A stretch of DNA of 64,000 nt. It comes from the human T2T-CHM13v2.0 reference genome, Homo sapiens. The notes below the pieces were generated by a model that worked only from the letters and a program-made list of their open reading frames with translations, was not told the origin of the DNA and ran no database searches. Position numbers and translations under genes: made by a program. Shown piece by piece: positions 27,585 through 44,687 of the stretch. The number at the start of each line of letters is the position of its first letter. Position 1 is the first letter of the stretch. The DNA lies in the NCBI RefSeq assembly GCF_009914755.1, contig NC_060939.1; one strand, given 5' to 3'.

Positions 27585-29775
27585 TTATATATGATATATG
27601 TTATATGTTATGTAATATGCTTTATATGTAATATATAACCTCATATATATTATATGTCATAATATATAATAGTTATCCTGTGTCATATTATATATATTAT
27701 ATATTTCATAACATATATAATATATAATACATATTATACATCTTATATATGAAAATATGTAATTAGAGATAAAATAACATATAGTTATATATAATATGAT
27801 ATATAACATATATACTATATCATATATGATATATAATATATAATTTTTTATTGCATATTATAATATATATATGTTATAATTTATATAATGATATAATTAT
27901 ATATATAATATAAATAATTATACATGCTTATATAATTATATATAATATAAATAATAATATATATAATTACATATTCATATCGTTATATATAATAATACAT
28001 TTCATATGTAATTATATATATCATATAATAGACAACACACCTAATATATAATATATAATATATATTATACAATATAGGATACAAAAGATGTATGATATAT
28101 AAGATATCATAATATAATATATATTTTAACATTATGTATGTAACATGTAATATGTGATATATAAAATAAATTATGTAATATAAAATAATATAATATAATA
28201 TATACTATATTAAGGTATATTATGTAAAGTATGTAATAAAATTATAAGTAACATAATATATAGTTATATATATTATCTTATGTATTTACATAGAGTATTA
28301 TACAGTTATATATAATTTTAAATTGTTATATATAATTTAATATAAAACAAATATAATATACATCATAAAATATATATTGTATACCATATATATATTATGT
28401 ATCATATATTGTATGTTATATATCATATATTGTATATCATATATCATAGATTATGTGTTATATGTATCACATTCCACATTTTGTATATTATAAATTATAT
28501 ACAATATATGACATATATTATATTATATATAATAAATTATTCATTATATGTAACATAGTATATATTATATGTAACATGTATATTCTATGTAAAATATATA
28601 ATATATAACATATTACATATAATTAATAACATAGACATATAATATATATTTAATATATGTACTATATATACAACGTATTATACATATACTATATAATATA
28701 TGTTATATATATGGCATAAAATATAATATATATTATATGTCATATTTTATATATACAATTATATATTATTTTATGTTATTTTATATTATATATAACATAG
28801 ATATAATATATATACCTATAATGTATATTACATATAACGTAGATATTATATATAATATATATAATGTATATTATATATAACGTAGATATTATATATAATA
28901 TATATAATGTATATTATATATAACGTAGATATTATATATAATATATATAATGTATATTATATATTTAATACGTATATTAACCATATAATATATTCTATAT
29001 ATGATATATAATATATATTATATATGTCATAAAATATAATATATATTATATGTCATTGTATAAATATAATACTTATATATTATCAATTATTATATTACAT
29101 TTAATATATATAATATAAGATGCAGGATGTGAAACAATATTATATATATGTTATTTATATTATATATATGATACTATATATTATTGTATACATAATGTGT
29201 ATATATATTTGTGGGTGCCCTATTTCCCATCTCATAACTTGTTTTAAGAAGCGCAGCATAATAATGTGTGGGCTTGGGATTCAGTTTTTGAAACAAAACA
29301 CTGAGCCTTCAATGACCTTTCGGTCTATGTAGAAGCGCTCCTGTCTTCGTGGCAGCAGTTGGACCTCACAATGTGGATTGTGCCGTCACCCTGCAATGTT
29401 TATGCCCTATCGCCATGGTGACGGGATTAGGGATCTCCTGCTCTTGGTCCTAAAGGCCACTGTCTGTGCTGTGTTTTTCAAAGGTCAGCACAGAGTGAAC
29501 CTTTGTGGTTTTATTTTCCCTGAGTTTGATTTTTCTCATGGGGAACCTGTGGTGCTGCTTTGAAGGTATATTCATACTGGCCTTTCAAATGCCAACTCTT
29601 CAAATTACTAGTTAATGCTTTCAAAGTATGTTATTTCAAAAATTATCCTCCGTATTTTCCATATGCAGTTATAAATATGTTTCATGGTTATGTTTCATTC
29701 CTCAGTTTATATATTTGATTATTGTACCAAGCAGAGTACCTTTGAAATTTTTTTTCATCTAAAAAATATGTAAAT

Positions 29776-30067
29776 TAGCTCAGGCCTGTAATCCCAGCAA
29801 ATTTGGAGGCCAAGGCAAGGGGATCACAAGGTAAAGAGATCAAGACCATCCTGGCCAATACAGTGAAACGCTGTCACTACTAAAAATCCAAAAAATTAGC
29901 TAGGCATTGTGGCAGCTGGTGTAGTCCCAGTGTGGTGTAGTCCAAGCTACCTGGGAGGCTGAGGGAGGGCAATCGCTTGAACCCGTGAGGCAGATGTTGC
30001 AGTGAGCAAATTTGGTGCCATTGTACTCCACCCTGTGCAACAGGACAACACTCTGTCTAAAAAAAAA
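29776..30067 (+). mobile_element. Truncated Alu (U13)
   Basis: Copy of the U1 Alu. Confidence 0.95.
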
Positions 30068-32212
30068 TTATATATGATATATGTTATATGTTATGTAATA
30101 TGCTTTATATGTAATATATAACCTCATATATATTATATGTCATAATATATAATAGTTATCCTGTGTCATATTATATATATTATATATTTCATAACATATA
30201 TAATATATAATACATATACATCTTATATATGAAAATATGTAATTAGAGATAAAATAACATATAGTTATATATAATATGATATATAACATATATACTATAT
30301 CATATATGATATATAATATATAATTTTTTATTACATATTATAATTCATATATATTATAATTTATATAATGATATAATTATTTATATAATATAAATAATTA
30401 TACATAATTATATAATTAGATATAATATAAATAATAATATATATAATTACATATTCATATCGTTATATATAATAATACATTTCATATGTAATTATATATA
30501 TCATATAATAGACAACACAGCTAATATATAATATATAATATATATTATACAATATAGGATACATAATATGTATGATATATAAGATATCATAATATAATAT
30601 ATATTTTAACATTATGTATGTAACATGTAATATGTGATATATAAAATAAATTATGTAATATAAAATAATATAATATAATATATACTATATTAAGGTATAT
30701 TATGTAAAGTATGTAATAAAATTATAAGTAACATAATATATAGTTATATATATTATCTTATGTATTTACATAGAGTATTATACAGTTATATATAATTTTA
30801 AATTGTTATATATAATTTAATATAAAACAAATATAATATACATCATAAAATATATATTGTATACCATATATATATTATGTATCATATATTGTATGTTATA
30901 TATCATATATTGTATATCATATATCATATATTATGTGTTATATGTATCACATTCCACATTTTGTATATTATAAATTATATACAATATATGACATAAATTA
31001 TATTATATATAATAAATTATTCATTATATGTAACATAGTATATATTATATGTAACATGTATATTCTATGTAAAATATATAATATATAACATATTACATAT
31101 AATTAATAACATAGACATATAATATATATTTAATATATGTACTATATATACAACGTATTATACATATACTATATAATATATGTTATATATATGGCATAAA
31201 ATATAATATATATTATATGTCATATTTCATATATACAATTATATATTATTATATGTTATTTTATATTATATATAACATAGATATAATATATATACCTATA
31301 ATGTATATGACATATAACGTAGATATTATATATAATATATATAATGTATATTATATATAACGTAGATATTATATATAATATATATAATGTATATTATATA
31401 TTTAATACGTATATTAACCATATAATATATTCTATATATGATATATAATATATATTATATATGTCATAAAATATAATATATATTATATGTCATTGTATAA
31501 ATATAATACTTATATATTATCAATAATTATATTATTTTTAATATATATAATATAAGATGCAGGATGTGAAACAATATTATATATATGTTATATATATTAT
31601 ATATATGATACTATATATTATTGTATACATAATGTGTATATATATTTGTGGGTGCCCTATTTCCCATCTCAAAACTTGTTTTAAGAAGCGCAGCATAATA
31701 ATGTGTGGGCTTGGGATTCAGTTTTTGAAACAAAACACTGAGCCTTCAATGACCTTTCGGTCTATGTAGAAGCGCTCCTGTCTTCGTGGCAGCAGTTGGA
31801 CCTCACAATGTGGATTGTGCCGTCACCCTGCAATGTTTATGCCCTATCGCCATGGTGACGGGATTAGGGATCTCCTGCTCTTGGTCCTAAAGGCCACTGT
31901 CTGTGCTGTGTTTTTCAAAGGTCAGCACAGAGTGAACCTTTGTGGTTTTATTTTCCCTGAGTTTGATTTTTCTCATGGGGAACCTGTGGTGCTGCTTTGA
32001 AGGTATATTCATACTGGCCTTTCAAATGCCAACTCTTCAAATTACTAGTTAATGCTTTCAAAGTATGTTATTTCAAAAATTATCCTCTGTAATTTCCATA
32101 TGCAGTTATAAATATGTTTCATGGTTATGTTTCATTCCTCAGTTTATATATTTGATTATTGTACCAAGCAGAGTACCTTTGAAATTTTTTTTCATCTAAA
32201 AAATATGTAAAT

Positions 32213-32527
<315 letters not shown>

Positions 32528-34649
32528 TTATGTAATATGCTTTATATGTAATATATAACCTCATATATATTATATGTCATAATATATAATAGTTATACTG
32601 TGTCATATTATATATATTATATATTTCATAACATATATAATATATAATACATATACATCTTATATATGAAAATATGTAATTAGAGATAAAATAACATATA
32701 GTTATATATAATATGATATATAACATATATACTATATCATATATGATATATAATATATAATTTTTTATTACATATTATAATTCATATATATTATAATTTA
32801 TATAATGATATAATTATTTATATAATATAAATAATTATACATAATTATATAATTATATATAATATAAATAATAATATATATAATTACATATTCATATCGT
32901 TATATATAATAATACATTTCATATGTAATTATATATATCATATAATAGACAACACAGCTAATATATAATATATAATATATATTATACAATATAGGATACA
33001 TAATATGTATGATATATAAGATATCATAATATAATATATATTTTAACATTATGTATGTAACATGTAATATGTGATATATAAAATAAATTATGTAATATAA
33101 AATAATATAATATAATATATACTATATTAAGGTATATTATGTAAAGTATGTAATAAAATTATAAGTAACATAATATATAGTTATATATATTATCTTATGT
33201 ATTTACATAGAGTATTATACAGTTATATATAATTTTAAATTGTTATATATAATTTAATATAAAACAAATATAATATACATCATAAAATATATATTGTATA
33301 CCATATATATATTATGTATCATATATTGTATGTTATATATCATATATTGTATATCATATATCATATATTATGTGTTATATGTATCACATTCCACATTTTG
33401 TATATTATAAATTATATACAATATATGACATATATTATATTATATATAATAAATTATTCATTATATGTAACATAGTATATATTATATGTAACATGTATAT
33501 TCTATGTAAAATATATAATATATAACATATTACATATAATTAATAACATAGACATATAATATATATTTAATATATGTACTATATATACAACGTATTATAC
33601 ATATACTATATAATATATGTTATATATATGGCATAAAATATAATATATATTATATGTCATATTTTATATATACAATTATATATTATTTTATGTTATTTTA
33701 TATTATATATAACATAGATATAATATATATACCTATAATGTATATTACATATAACGTAGATATTATATATAATATATATAATGTATATTATATATAACGT
33801 AGATATTATATATAATATATATAATGTATATTATATATTTAATACGTATATTAACCATATAATATATTCTATATATGATATATAATATATATTATATATG
33901 TCATAAAATATAATATATATTATATGTCATTGTATAAATATAATACTTATATATTATCAATTATTATATTACATTTAATATATATAATATAAGATGCAGG
34001 ATGTGAAACAATATTATATATATGTTATTTATATTATATATATGATACTATATATTATTGTATACATAATGTGTATATATATTTGTGGGTGCCCTATTTC
34101 CCATCTCATAACTTGTTTTAAGAAGCGCAGCATAATAATGTGTGGGCTTGGGATTCAGTTTTTGAAACAAAACACTGAGCCTTCAATGACCTTTCGGTCT
34201 ATGTAGAAGCGCTCCTGTCTTCGTGGCAGCAGTTGGACCTCACAATGTGGATTGTGCCGTCACCCTGCAATGTTTATGCCCTATCGCCATGGTGACGGGA
34301 TTAGGGATCTCCTGCTCTTGGTCCTAAAGGCCACTGTCTGTGCTGTGTTTTTCAAAGGTCAGCACAGAGTGAACCTTTGTGGTTTTATTTTCCCTGAGTT
34401 TGATTTTTCTCATGGGGAACCTGTGGTGCTGCTTTGAAGGTATATTCATACTGGCCTTTCAAATGCCAACTCTTCAAATTACTAGTTAATGCTTTCAAAG
34501 TATGTTATTTCAAAAATTATCCTCCGTATTTTCCATATGCAGTTATAAATATGTTTCATGGTTATGTTTCATTCCTCAGTTTATATATTTGATTATTGTA
34601 CCAAGCAGAGTACCTTTGAAATTTTTTTTCATCTAAAAAATATGTAAAT

Positions 34650-34941
34650 TAGCTCAGGCCTGTAATCCCAGCAAATTTGGAGGCCAAGGCAAGGGGATCA
34701 CAAGGTAAAGAGATCAAGACCATCCTGGCCAATACAGTGAAACGCTGTCACTACTAAAAATCCAAAAAATTAGCTAGGCCTTGTGGCAGCTGGTGTAGTC
34801 CCAGTGTGGTGTAGTCCAAGCTACCTGGGAGGCTGAGGGAGGGCAATCGCTTGAACCCGTGAGGCAGATGTTGCAGTGAGCAAATTTGGTGCCATTGTAC
34901 TCCACCCTGTGCAACATGACAACACTCTGTCTAAAAAAAAA
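34650..34941 (+). mobile_element. Truncated Alu (U15)
   Basis: Copy of the U1 Alu; gains a GGCC site at 34777. Confidence 0.95.
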
Positions 34942-37089
34942 TTATATATGATATATGTTATATGTTATGTAATATGCTTTATATGTAATATATAAACTCA
35001 TATATATTATATGTCATAATATATAATAGTTATCCTGTGTCATATTATATATATTATATATTTCATAACATATATAATATATAATACATATTATACATCT
35101 TATATATGAAAATATGTAATTAGAGATAAAATAACATATAGTTATATATAATATGATATATAACATATATACTATATCATATATGATATATAATATATAA
35201 TTTTTTATTGCATATTATAATTCATATATATTATAATTTATATAATGATATAATTATTTATATAATATAAATAATTATACATGCTTATATAATTATATAT
35301 AATATAAATAATAATATATATAATTACATATTCATATCGTTATATATAATAATACATTTCATATGTAATTATATATATCATATAATAGACAACACACCTA
35401 ATATATAATATATAATATATATTATACAATATAGGATACAAAAGATGTATGATATATAAGATATCATAATATAATATATATTTTAACATTATGTATGTAA
35501 CATGTAATATGTGATATATAAAATAAATTATGTAATATAAAATAATATAATATAATATATACTATATTAAGGTATATTATGTAAAGTATGTAATAAAATT
35601 ATAAGTAACATAATATATAGTTATATATATTATCTTATGTATTTACATAGAGTATTATACAGTTATATATAATTTTAAATTGTTATATATAATTTAATAT
35701 AAAACAAATATAATATATATCATAACATATATATTGTATACCATATATATATTATGTATCATATATTGTATGTTATATATTATATATTCTATATCATATA
35801 TCATATATTATATGTTATATATATCACATTCCACATTTTGTATATTATAAATTATATACAATATATGACATATATTATATTATATATAATAAATTATACA
35901 TTATATGTAACATAGTATATATTATATGTAACATGTATATTCTATGTAAAATATATAATATATAACATATTACATATAATTAATAACATAGACATATAAT
36001 ATATATTTAACATATGTACTATATATACAACGTATTATACATATACTATATAATATATATTATATATATGGCATAAAATATAATATATATTATATGTCAT
36101 ATTTTATATATACAATTATATATTATTATATGTTATTTTATATTATGTATAACATAGATATAATATATATACCTATAATGTATATTACATATAACGTAGA
36201 TATTATATATAATATATATAATGTATATTATATATAACGTAGATATTATATATAATATATATAATGTATATTATATATTTAATACGTATATTAACCATAT
36301 AATATATTCTATATATGATATATAATATATATTATATATGTCATAAAATATAATATATATTATATGTCATTGTATAAATATAATACTTATATATTATCAA
36401 TTATTATATTACATTTAATATATATAATATAAGATGCAGGATGTGAAACAATATTATATATATGTTATTTATATTATATATATGATACTATATATTATTG
36501 TATACATAATGTGTATATATATTTGTGGGTGCCCTATTTCCCATCTCATAACTTGTTTTAAGAAGCGCAGCATAATAATGTGTGGGCTTGGGATTCAGTT
36601 TTTGAAACAAAACACTGAGCCTTCAATGACCTTTCGGTCTATGTAGAAGCGCTCCTGTCTTCGTGGCAGCAGTTGGACCTCACAATGTGGATTGTGCCGT
36701 CACCCTGCAATGTTTATGCCCTATCGCCATGGTGACGGGATTAGGGATCTCCTGCTCTTGGTCCTAAAGGCCACTGTCTGTGCTGTGTTTTTCAAAGGTC
36801 AGCACAGAGTGAACCTTTGTGGTTTTATTTTCCCTGAGTTTGATTTTTCTCATGGGGAACCTGTGGTGCTGCTTTGAAGGTATATTCATACTGGCCTTTC
36901 AAATGCCAACTCTTCAAATTACTAGTTAATGCTTTCAAAGTATGTTATTTCAAAAATTATCCTCCGTATTTTCCATATGCAGTTATAAATATGTTTCATG
37001 GTTATGTTTCATTCCTCAGTTTATATATTTGATTATTGTACCAAGCAGAGTACCTTTGAAATTTTTTTTCATCTAAAAAATATGTAAAT

Positions 37090-37381
37090 TAGCTCAGGCC
37101 TGTAATCCCAGCAAATTTGGAGGCCAAGGCAAGGGGATCACAAGGTAAAGAGATCAAGACCATCCTGGCCAATACAGTGAAACGCTGTCACTACTAAAAA
37201 TCCAAAAAATTAGCTAGGCATTGTGGCAGCTGGTGTAGTCCCAGTGTGGTGTAGTCCAAGCTACCTGGGAGGCTGAGGGAGGGCAATCGCTTGAACCCGT
37301 GAGGCAGATGTTGCAGTGAGCAAATTTGGTGCCATTGTACTCCACCCTGTGCAACAGGACAACACTCTGTCTAAAAAAAAA
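37090..37381 (+). mobile_element. Truncated Alu (U16)
   Basis: Copy of the U1 Alu. Confidence 0.95.
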
Positions 37382-39529
37382 TTATATATGATATATGTTA
37401 TATGTTATGTAATATGCTTTATATGTAATATATAACCTCATATATATTATATGTCATAATATATAATAGTTATCCTGTGTCATATTATATATATTATATA
37501 TTTCATAACATATATAATATATAATACATATTATACATCTTATATATGAAAATATGTAATTAGAGATAAAATAACATATAGTTATATATAATATGATATA
37601 TAACATATATACTATATCATATATGATATATAATATATAATTTTTTATTGCATATTATAATTCATATATATTATAATTTATATAATGATATAATTATTTA
37701 TATAATATAAATAATTATACATGCTTATATAATTATATATAATATAAATAATAATATATATAATTACATATTCATATCGTTATATATAATAATACATTTC
37801 ATATGTAATTATATATATCATATAATAGACAACACACCTAATATATAATATATAATATATATTATACAATATAGGATACAAAAGATGTATGATATATAAG
37901 ATATCATAATATAATATATATTTTAACATTATGTATGTAACATGTAATATGTGATATATAAAATAAATTATGTAATATAAAATAATATAATATAATATAT
38001 ACTATATTAAGGTATATTATGTAAAGTATGTAATAAAATTATAAGTAACATAATATATAGTTATATATATTATCTTATGTATTTACATAGAGTATTATAC
38101 AGTTATATATAATTTTAAATTGTTATATATAATTTAATATAAAACAAATATAATATACATCATAACATATATATTGTATACCATATATATATTATGTATC
38201 ATATATTGTATGTTATATATTATATATTCTATATCATATATCATATATTATATGTTATATATATCACATTCCACATTTTGTATATTATAAATTATATACA
38301 ATATATGACATGTATTATATTATATATAATAAATTATACATTATATGTAACATAGTATATATTATATGTAACATGTATATTCTATGTAAAATATATAATA
38401 TATAACATATTACATATAATTAATAACATAGACATATAATATATATTTAACATATGTACTATATATACAACGTATTATACATATACTATATAATATATAT
38501 TATATATATGGCATAAAATATAATATATATTATATGTCATATTTTATATATACAATTATATATTATTATATGTTATTTTATATTATCTATAACATAGATA
38601 TAATATATATACCTATAATGTATATTACATATAATGTAGATATTATATATAATATATATAATGTATATTATATATAACGTAGATATTATATATAATATAT
38701 ATAATGTATATTATATATTTAATACGTATACTAACCATATAATATATTCTATATATGATATATAATATATATTATATATGTCATAAAATATAATATATAT
38801 TATATGTCATTGTATAAATATAATACTTATATATTATCAATTATTATATTACATTTAATATATATAATATAAGATGCAGGATGTGAAACAATATTATATA
38901 TATGTTATTTATATTATATATATGATACTATATATTATTGTATACATAATGTGTATATATATTTGTGGGTGCCCTATTTCCCATCTCATAACTTGTTTTA
39001 AGAAGCGCAGCATAATAATGTGTGGGCTTGGGATTCAGTTTTTGAAACAAAACACTGAGCCTTCAATGACCTTTCGGTCTATGTAGAAGCGCTCCTGTCT
39101 TCGTGGCAGCAGTTGGACCTCACAATGTGGATTGTGCCGTCACCCTGCAATGTTTATGCCCTATCGCCATGGTGACGGGATTAGGGATCTCCTGCTCTTG
39201 GTCCTAAAGGCCACTGTCTGTGCTGTGTTTTTCAAAGGTCAGCACAGAGTGAACCTTTGTGGTTTTATTTTCCCTGAGTTTGATTTTTCTCATGGGGAAC
39301 CTGTGGTGCTGCTTTGAAGGTATATTCATACTGGCCTTTCAAATGCCAACTCTTCAAATTACTAGTTAATGCTTTCAAAGTATGTTATTTCAAAAATTAT
39401 CCTCCGTATTTTCCATATGCAGTTATAAATATGTTTCATGGTTATGTTTCATTCCTCAGTTTATATATTTGATTATTGTACCAAGCAGAGTACCTTTGAA
39501 ATTTTTTTTCATCTAAAAAATATGTAAAT

Positions 39530-39821
39530 TAGCTCAGGCCTGTAATCCCAGCAAATTTGGAGGCCAAGGCAAGGGGATCACAAGGTAAAGAGATCAAGAC
39601 CATCCTGGCCAATACAGTGAAACGCTGTCACTACTAAAAATCCAAAAAATTAGCTAGGCATTGTGGCAGCTGGTGTAGTCCCAGTGTGGTGTAGTCCAAG
39701 CTACCTGGGAGGCTGAGGGAGGGCAATCGCTTGAACCCGTGAGGCAGATGTTGCAGTGAGCAAATTTGGTGCCATTGTACTCCACCCTGTGCAACAGGAC
39801 AACACTCTGTCTAAAAAAAAA
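39530..39821 (+). mobile_element. Truncated Alu (U17)
   Basis: Copy of the U1 Alu. Confidence 0.95.
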
Positions 39822-41962
39822 TTATATATGATATATGTTATATGTTATGTAATATGCTTTATATGTAATATATAAACTCATATATATTATATGTCATAAT
39901 ATATAATAGTTATCCTGTGTCATATTATATATATTATATATTTCATAACATATATAATATATAATACATATTATACATCTTATATATGAAAATATGTAAT
40001 TAGAGATAAAATAACATATAGTTATATATAATATGATATATAACATATATACTATATCATATATGATATATAATATATAATTTTTTATTGCATATTATAA
40101 TTCATATATATTATAATTTATATAATGATATAATTATTTATATAATATAAATAATTATACATGCTTATATAATTATATATAATATAAATAATAATATATA
40201 TAATTACATATTCATATCGTTATATATAATAATACATTTCATATGTAATTATATATATCATATAATAGACAACACACCTAATATATAATATATAATATAT
40301 ATTATACAATATAGGATACAAAAGATGTATGATATATAAGATATCATAATATAATATATATTTTAACATTATGTATGTAACATGTAATATGTGATATATA
40401 AAATAAATTATGTAATATAAAATAATATAATATAATATATACTATATTAAGGTATATTATGTAAAGTATGTAATAAAATTATAAGCAACATAATATATAG
40501 TTATATATATTATCTTATGTATTTACATAGAGTATTATACAGTTATATATAATTTTAAATTGTTATATATAATTTAATATAAAACAAATATAATATACAT
40601 CATAACATATATATTGTATACCATATATATATTATGTATCATATATTGTATGTTATATATCATATATTGTATATCATATATTATATGTTATATGTATCAC
40701 ATTCCACATTTTGTATATTATAAATTATATACAATATATGACATATATTATATTATATATAATAAATTATACATTATATGTAACATAGTATATATTATAT
40801 GTAACATGTATATTCTATGTAAAATATATAATATATAACATATTACATATAATTAATAACATAGACATATAATATATATTTAACATATGTACTATATATA
40901 CAACGTATTATACATATACTATATAATATATATTATATATATGGCATAAAATATAATATATATTATATGTCATATTTTATATATACAATTATATATTATT
41001 ATATGTTATTTTATATTATCTATAACATAGATATAATATATATACCTATAATGTATATTACATATAATGTAGATATTATATATAATATATATAATGTATA
41101 TTATATATAACGTAGATATTATATATAATATATATAATGTATATTATATATTTAATACGTATACTAACCATATAATATATTCTATATATGATATATAATA
41201 TATATTATATATGTCATAAAATATAATATATATTATATGTCATTGTATAAATATAATACTTATATATTATCAATTATTATATTACATTTAATATATATAA
41301 TATAAGATGCAGGATGTGAGACAATATTATATATATGTTATTTATATTATATATATGATACTATATATTATTGTATACATAATGTGTATATATATTTGTG
41401 GGTGCCCTATTTCCCATCTCATAACTTGTTTTAAGAAGCGCAGCATAATAATGTGTGGGCTTGGGATTCAGTTTTTGAAACAAAACACTGAGCCTTCAAT
41501 GACCTTTCGGTCTATGTAGAAGCGCTCCTGTCTTCGTGGCAGCAGTTGGACCTCACAATGTGGATTGTGCCGTCACCCTGCAATGTTTATGCCCTATCGC
41601 CATGGTGACGGGATTAGGGATCTCCTGCTCTTGGTCCTAAAGGCCACTGTCTGTGCTGTGTTTTTCAAAGGTCAGCACAGAGTGAACCTTTGTGGTTTTA
41701 TTTTCCCTGAGTTTGATTTTTCTCATGGGGAACCTGTGGTGCTGCTTTGAAGGTATATTCATACTGGCCTTTCAAATGCCAACTCTTCAAATTACTAGTT
41801 AATGCTTTCAAAGTATGTTATTTCAAAAATTATCCTCCGTATTTTCCATATGCAGTTATAAATATGTTTCATGGTTATGTTTCATTCCTCAGTTTATATA
41901 TTTCATTATTGTACCAAGCAGAGTACCTTTGAAATTTTTTTTCATCTAAAAAATATGTAAAT

Positions 41963-42254
41963 TAGCTCAGGCCTGTAATCCCAGCAAATTTAGAGGCCAA
42001 GGCAAGGGGATCACAAGGTAAAGAGATCAAGACCATCCTGGCCAATACAGTGAAACGCTGTCACTACTAAAAATCCAAAAAATTAGCTAGGCATTGTGGC
42101 AGCTGGTGTAGTCCCAGTGTGGTGTAGTCCAAGCTACCTGGGAGGCTGAGGGAGGGCAATCGCTTGAACCCGTGAGGCAGATGTTGCAGTGAGCAAATTT
42201 GGTGCCATTGTACTCCACCCTGTGCAACAGGACAACACTCTGTCTAAAAAAAAA
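41963..42254 (+). mobile_element. Truncated Alu (U18)
   Basis: Copy of the U1 Alu. Confidence 0.95.
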
Positions 42255-44395
42255 TTATATATGATATATGTTATATGTTATGTAATATGCTTTATATGTA
42301 ATATATAAACTCATATATATTATATGTCATAATATATAATAGTTATCCTGTGTCATATTATATATATTATATATTTCATAACATATATAATATATAATAC
42401 ATATTATACATCTTATATATGAAAATATGTAATTAGAGATAAAATAACATATAGTTATATATAATATGATATATAACATATATACTATATCATATATGAT
42501 ATATAATATATAATTTTTTATTGCATATTATAATTCATATATATTATAATTTATATAATGATATAATTATTTATATAATATAAATAATTATACATGCTTA
42601 TATAATTATATATAATATAAATAATAATATATATAATTACATATTCATATCGTTATATATAATAATACATTTCATATGTAATTATATATATCATATAATA
42701 GACAACACACCTAATATATAATATATAATATATATTATACAATATAGGATACAAAAGATGTATGATATATAAGATATCATAATATAATATATATTTTAAC
42801 ATTATGTATGTAACATGTAATATGTGATATATAAAATAAATTATGTAATATAAAATAATATAATATAATATATACTATATTAAGGTATATTATGTAAAGT
42901 ATGTAATAAAATTATAAGTAACATAATATATAGTTATATATATTATCTTATGTATTTACATAGAGTATTATACAGTTATATATAATTTTAAATTGTTATA
43001 TATAATTTAATATAAAACAAATATAATATACATCATAACATATATATTGTATACCATATATATATTATGTATCATATATTGTATGTTATATATCATATAT
43101 TGTATATCATATATTATATGTTATATGTATCACATTCCACATTTTGTATATTATAAATTATATACAATATATGACATATATTATATTATATATAATAAAT
43201 TATACATTATATGTAACATAGTATATATTATATGTAACATGTATATTCTATGTAAAATATATAATATATAACATATTACATATAATTAATAACATAGACA
43301 TATAATATATATTTAACATATGTACTATATATACAACGTATTATACATATACTATATAATATATATTATATATATGGCATAAAATATAATATATATTATA
43401 TGTCATATTTTATATATACAATTATATATTATTATATGTTATTTTATATTATCTATAACATAGATATAATATATATACCTATAATGTATATTACATATAA
43501 CGTAGATATTATATATAATATATATAATGTATATTATATATAACGTAGATATTATATATAATATATATAATGTATATTATATATTTAATACGTATATTAA
43601 CCATATAATATATTCTATATATGATATATAATATATATTATATATGTCATAAAACATAATATATAATATATGTCATTGTATAAATATAATACTTATATAT
43701 TATCAATTATTATATTACATTTAATATATATAATATAAGATGCAGGATGTGAGACAATATTATATATATGTTATTTATATTATATATATGATACTATATA
43801 TTATTGTATACATAATGTGTATATATATTTGTGGGTGCCCTATTTCCCATCTCATAACTTGTTTTAAGAAGCGCAGCATAATAATGTGTGGGCTTGGGAT
43901 TCAGTTTTTGAAACAAAACACTGAGCCTTCAATGACCTTTCGGTCTATGTAGAAGCGCTCCTGTCTTCGTGGCAGCAGTTGGACCTCACAATGTGGATTG
44001 TGCCGTCACCCTGCAATGTTTATGCCCTATCGCCATGGTGACGGGATTAGGGATCTCCTGCTCTTGGTCCTAAAGGCCACTGTCTGTGCTGTGTTTCTCA
44101 AAGGTCAGCACAGAGTGAACCTTTGTGGTTTTATTTTCCCTGAGTTTGATTTTTCTCATGGGGAACCTGTGGTGCTGCTTTGAAGGTATATTCATACTGG
44201 CCTTTCAAATGCCAACTCTTCAAATTACTAGTTAATGCTTTCAAAGTATGTTATTTCAAAAATTATCCTCCGTATTTTCCATATGCAGTTATAAATATGT
44301 TTCATGGTTATGTTTCATTCCTCAGTTTATATATTTGATTATTGTACCAAGCAGAGTACCTTTGAAATTTTTTTTCATCTAAAAAATATGTAAAT

Positions 44396-44687
44396 TAGCT
44401 CAGGCCTGTAATCCCAGCAAATTTGGAGGCCAAGGCAAGGGGATCACAAGGTAAAGAGATCAAGACCATCCTGGCCAATACAGTGAAACGCTGTCACTAC
44501 TAAAAATCCAAAAAATTAGCTAGGCATTGTGGCAGCTGGTGTAGTCCCAGTGTGGTGTAGTCCAAGCTACCTGGGAGGCTGAGGGAGGGCAATCGCTTGA
44601 ACCCGTGAGGCAGATGTTGCAGTGAGCAAATTTGGTGCCATTGTACTCCACCCTGTGCAACAGGACAACACTCTGTCTAAAAAAAAA
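44396..44687 (+). mobile_element. Truncated Alu (U19)
   Basis: Copy of the U1 Alu. Confidence 0.95.
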
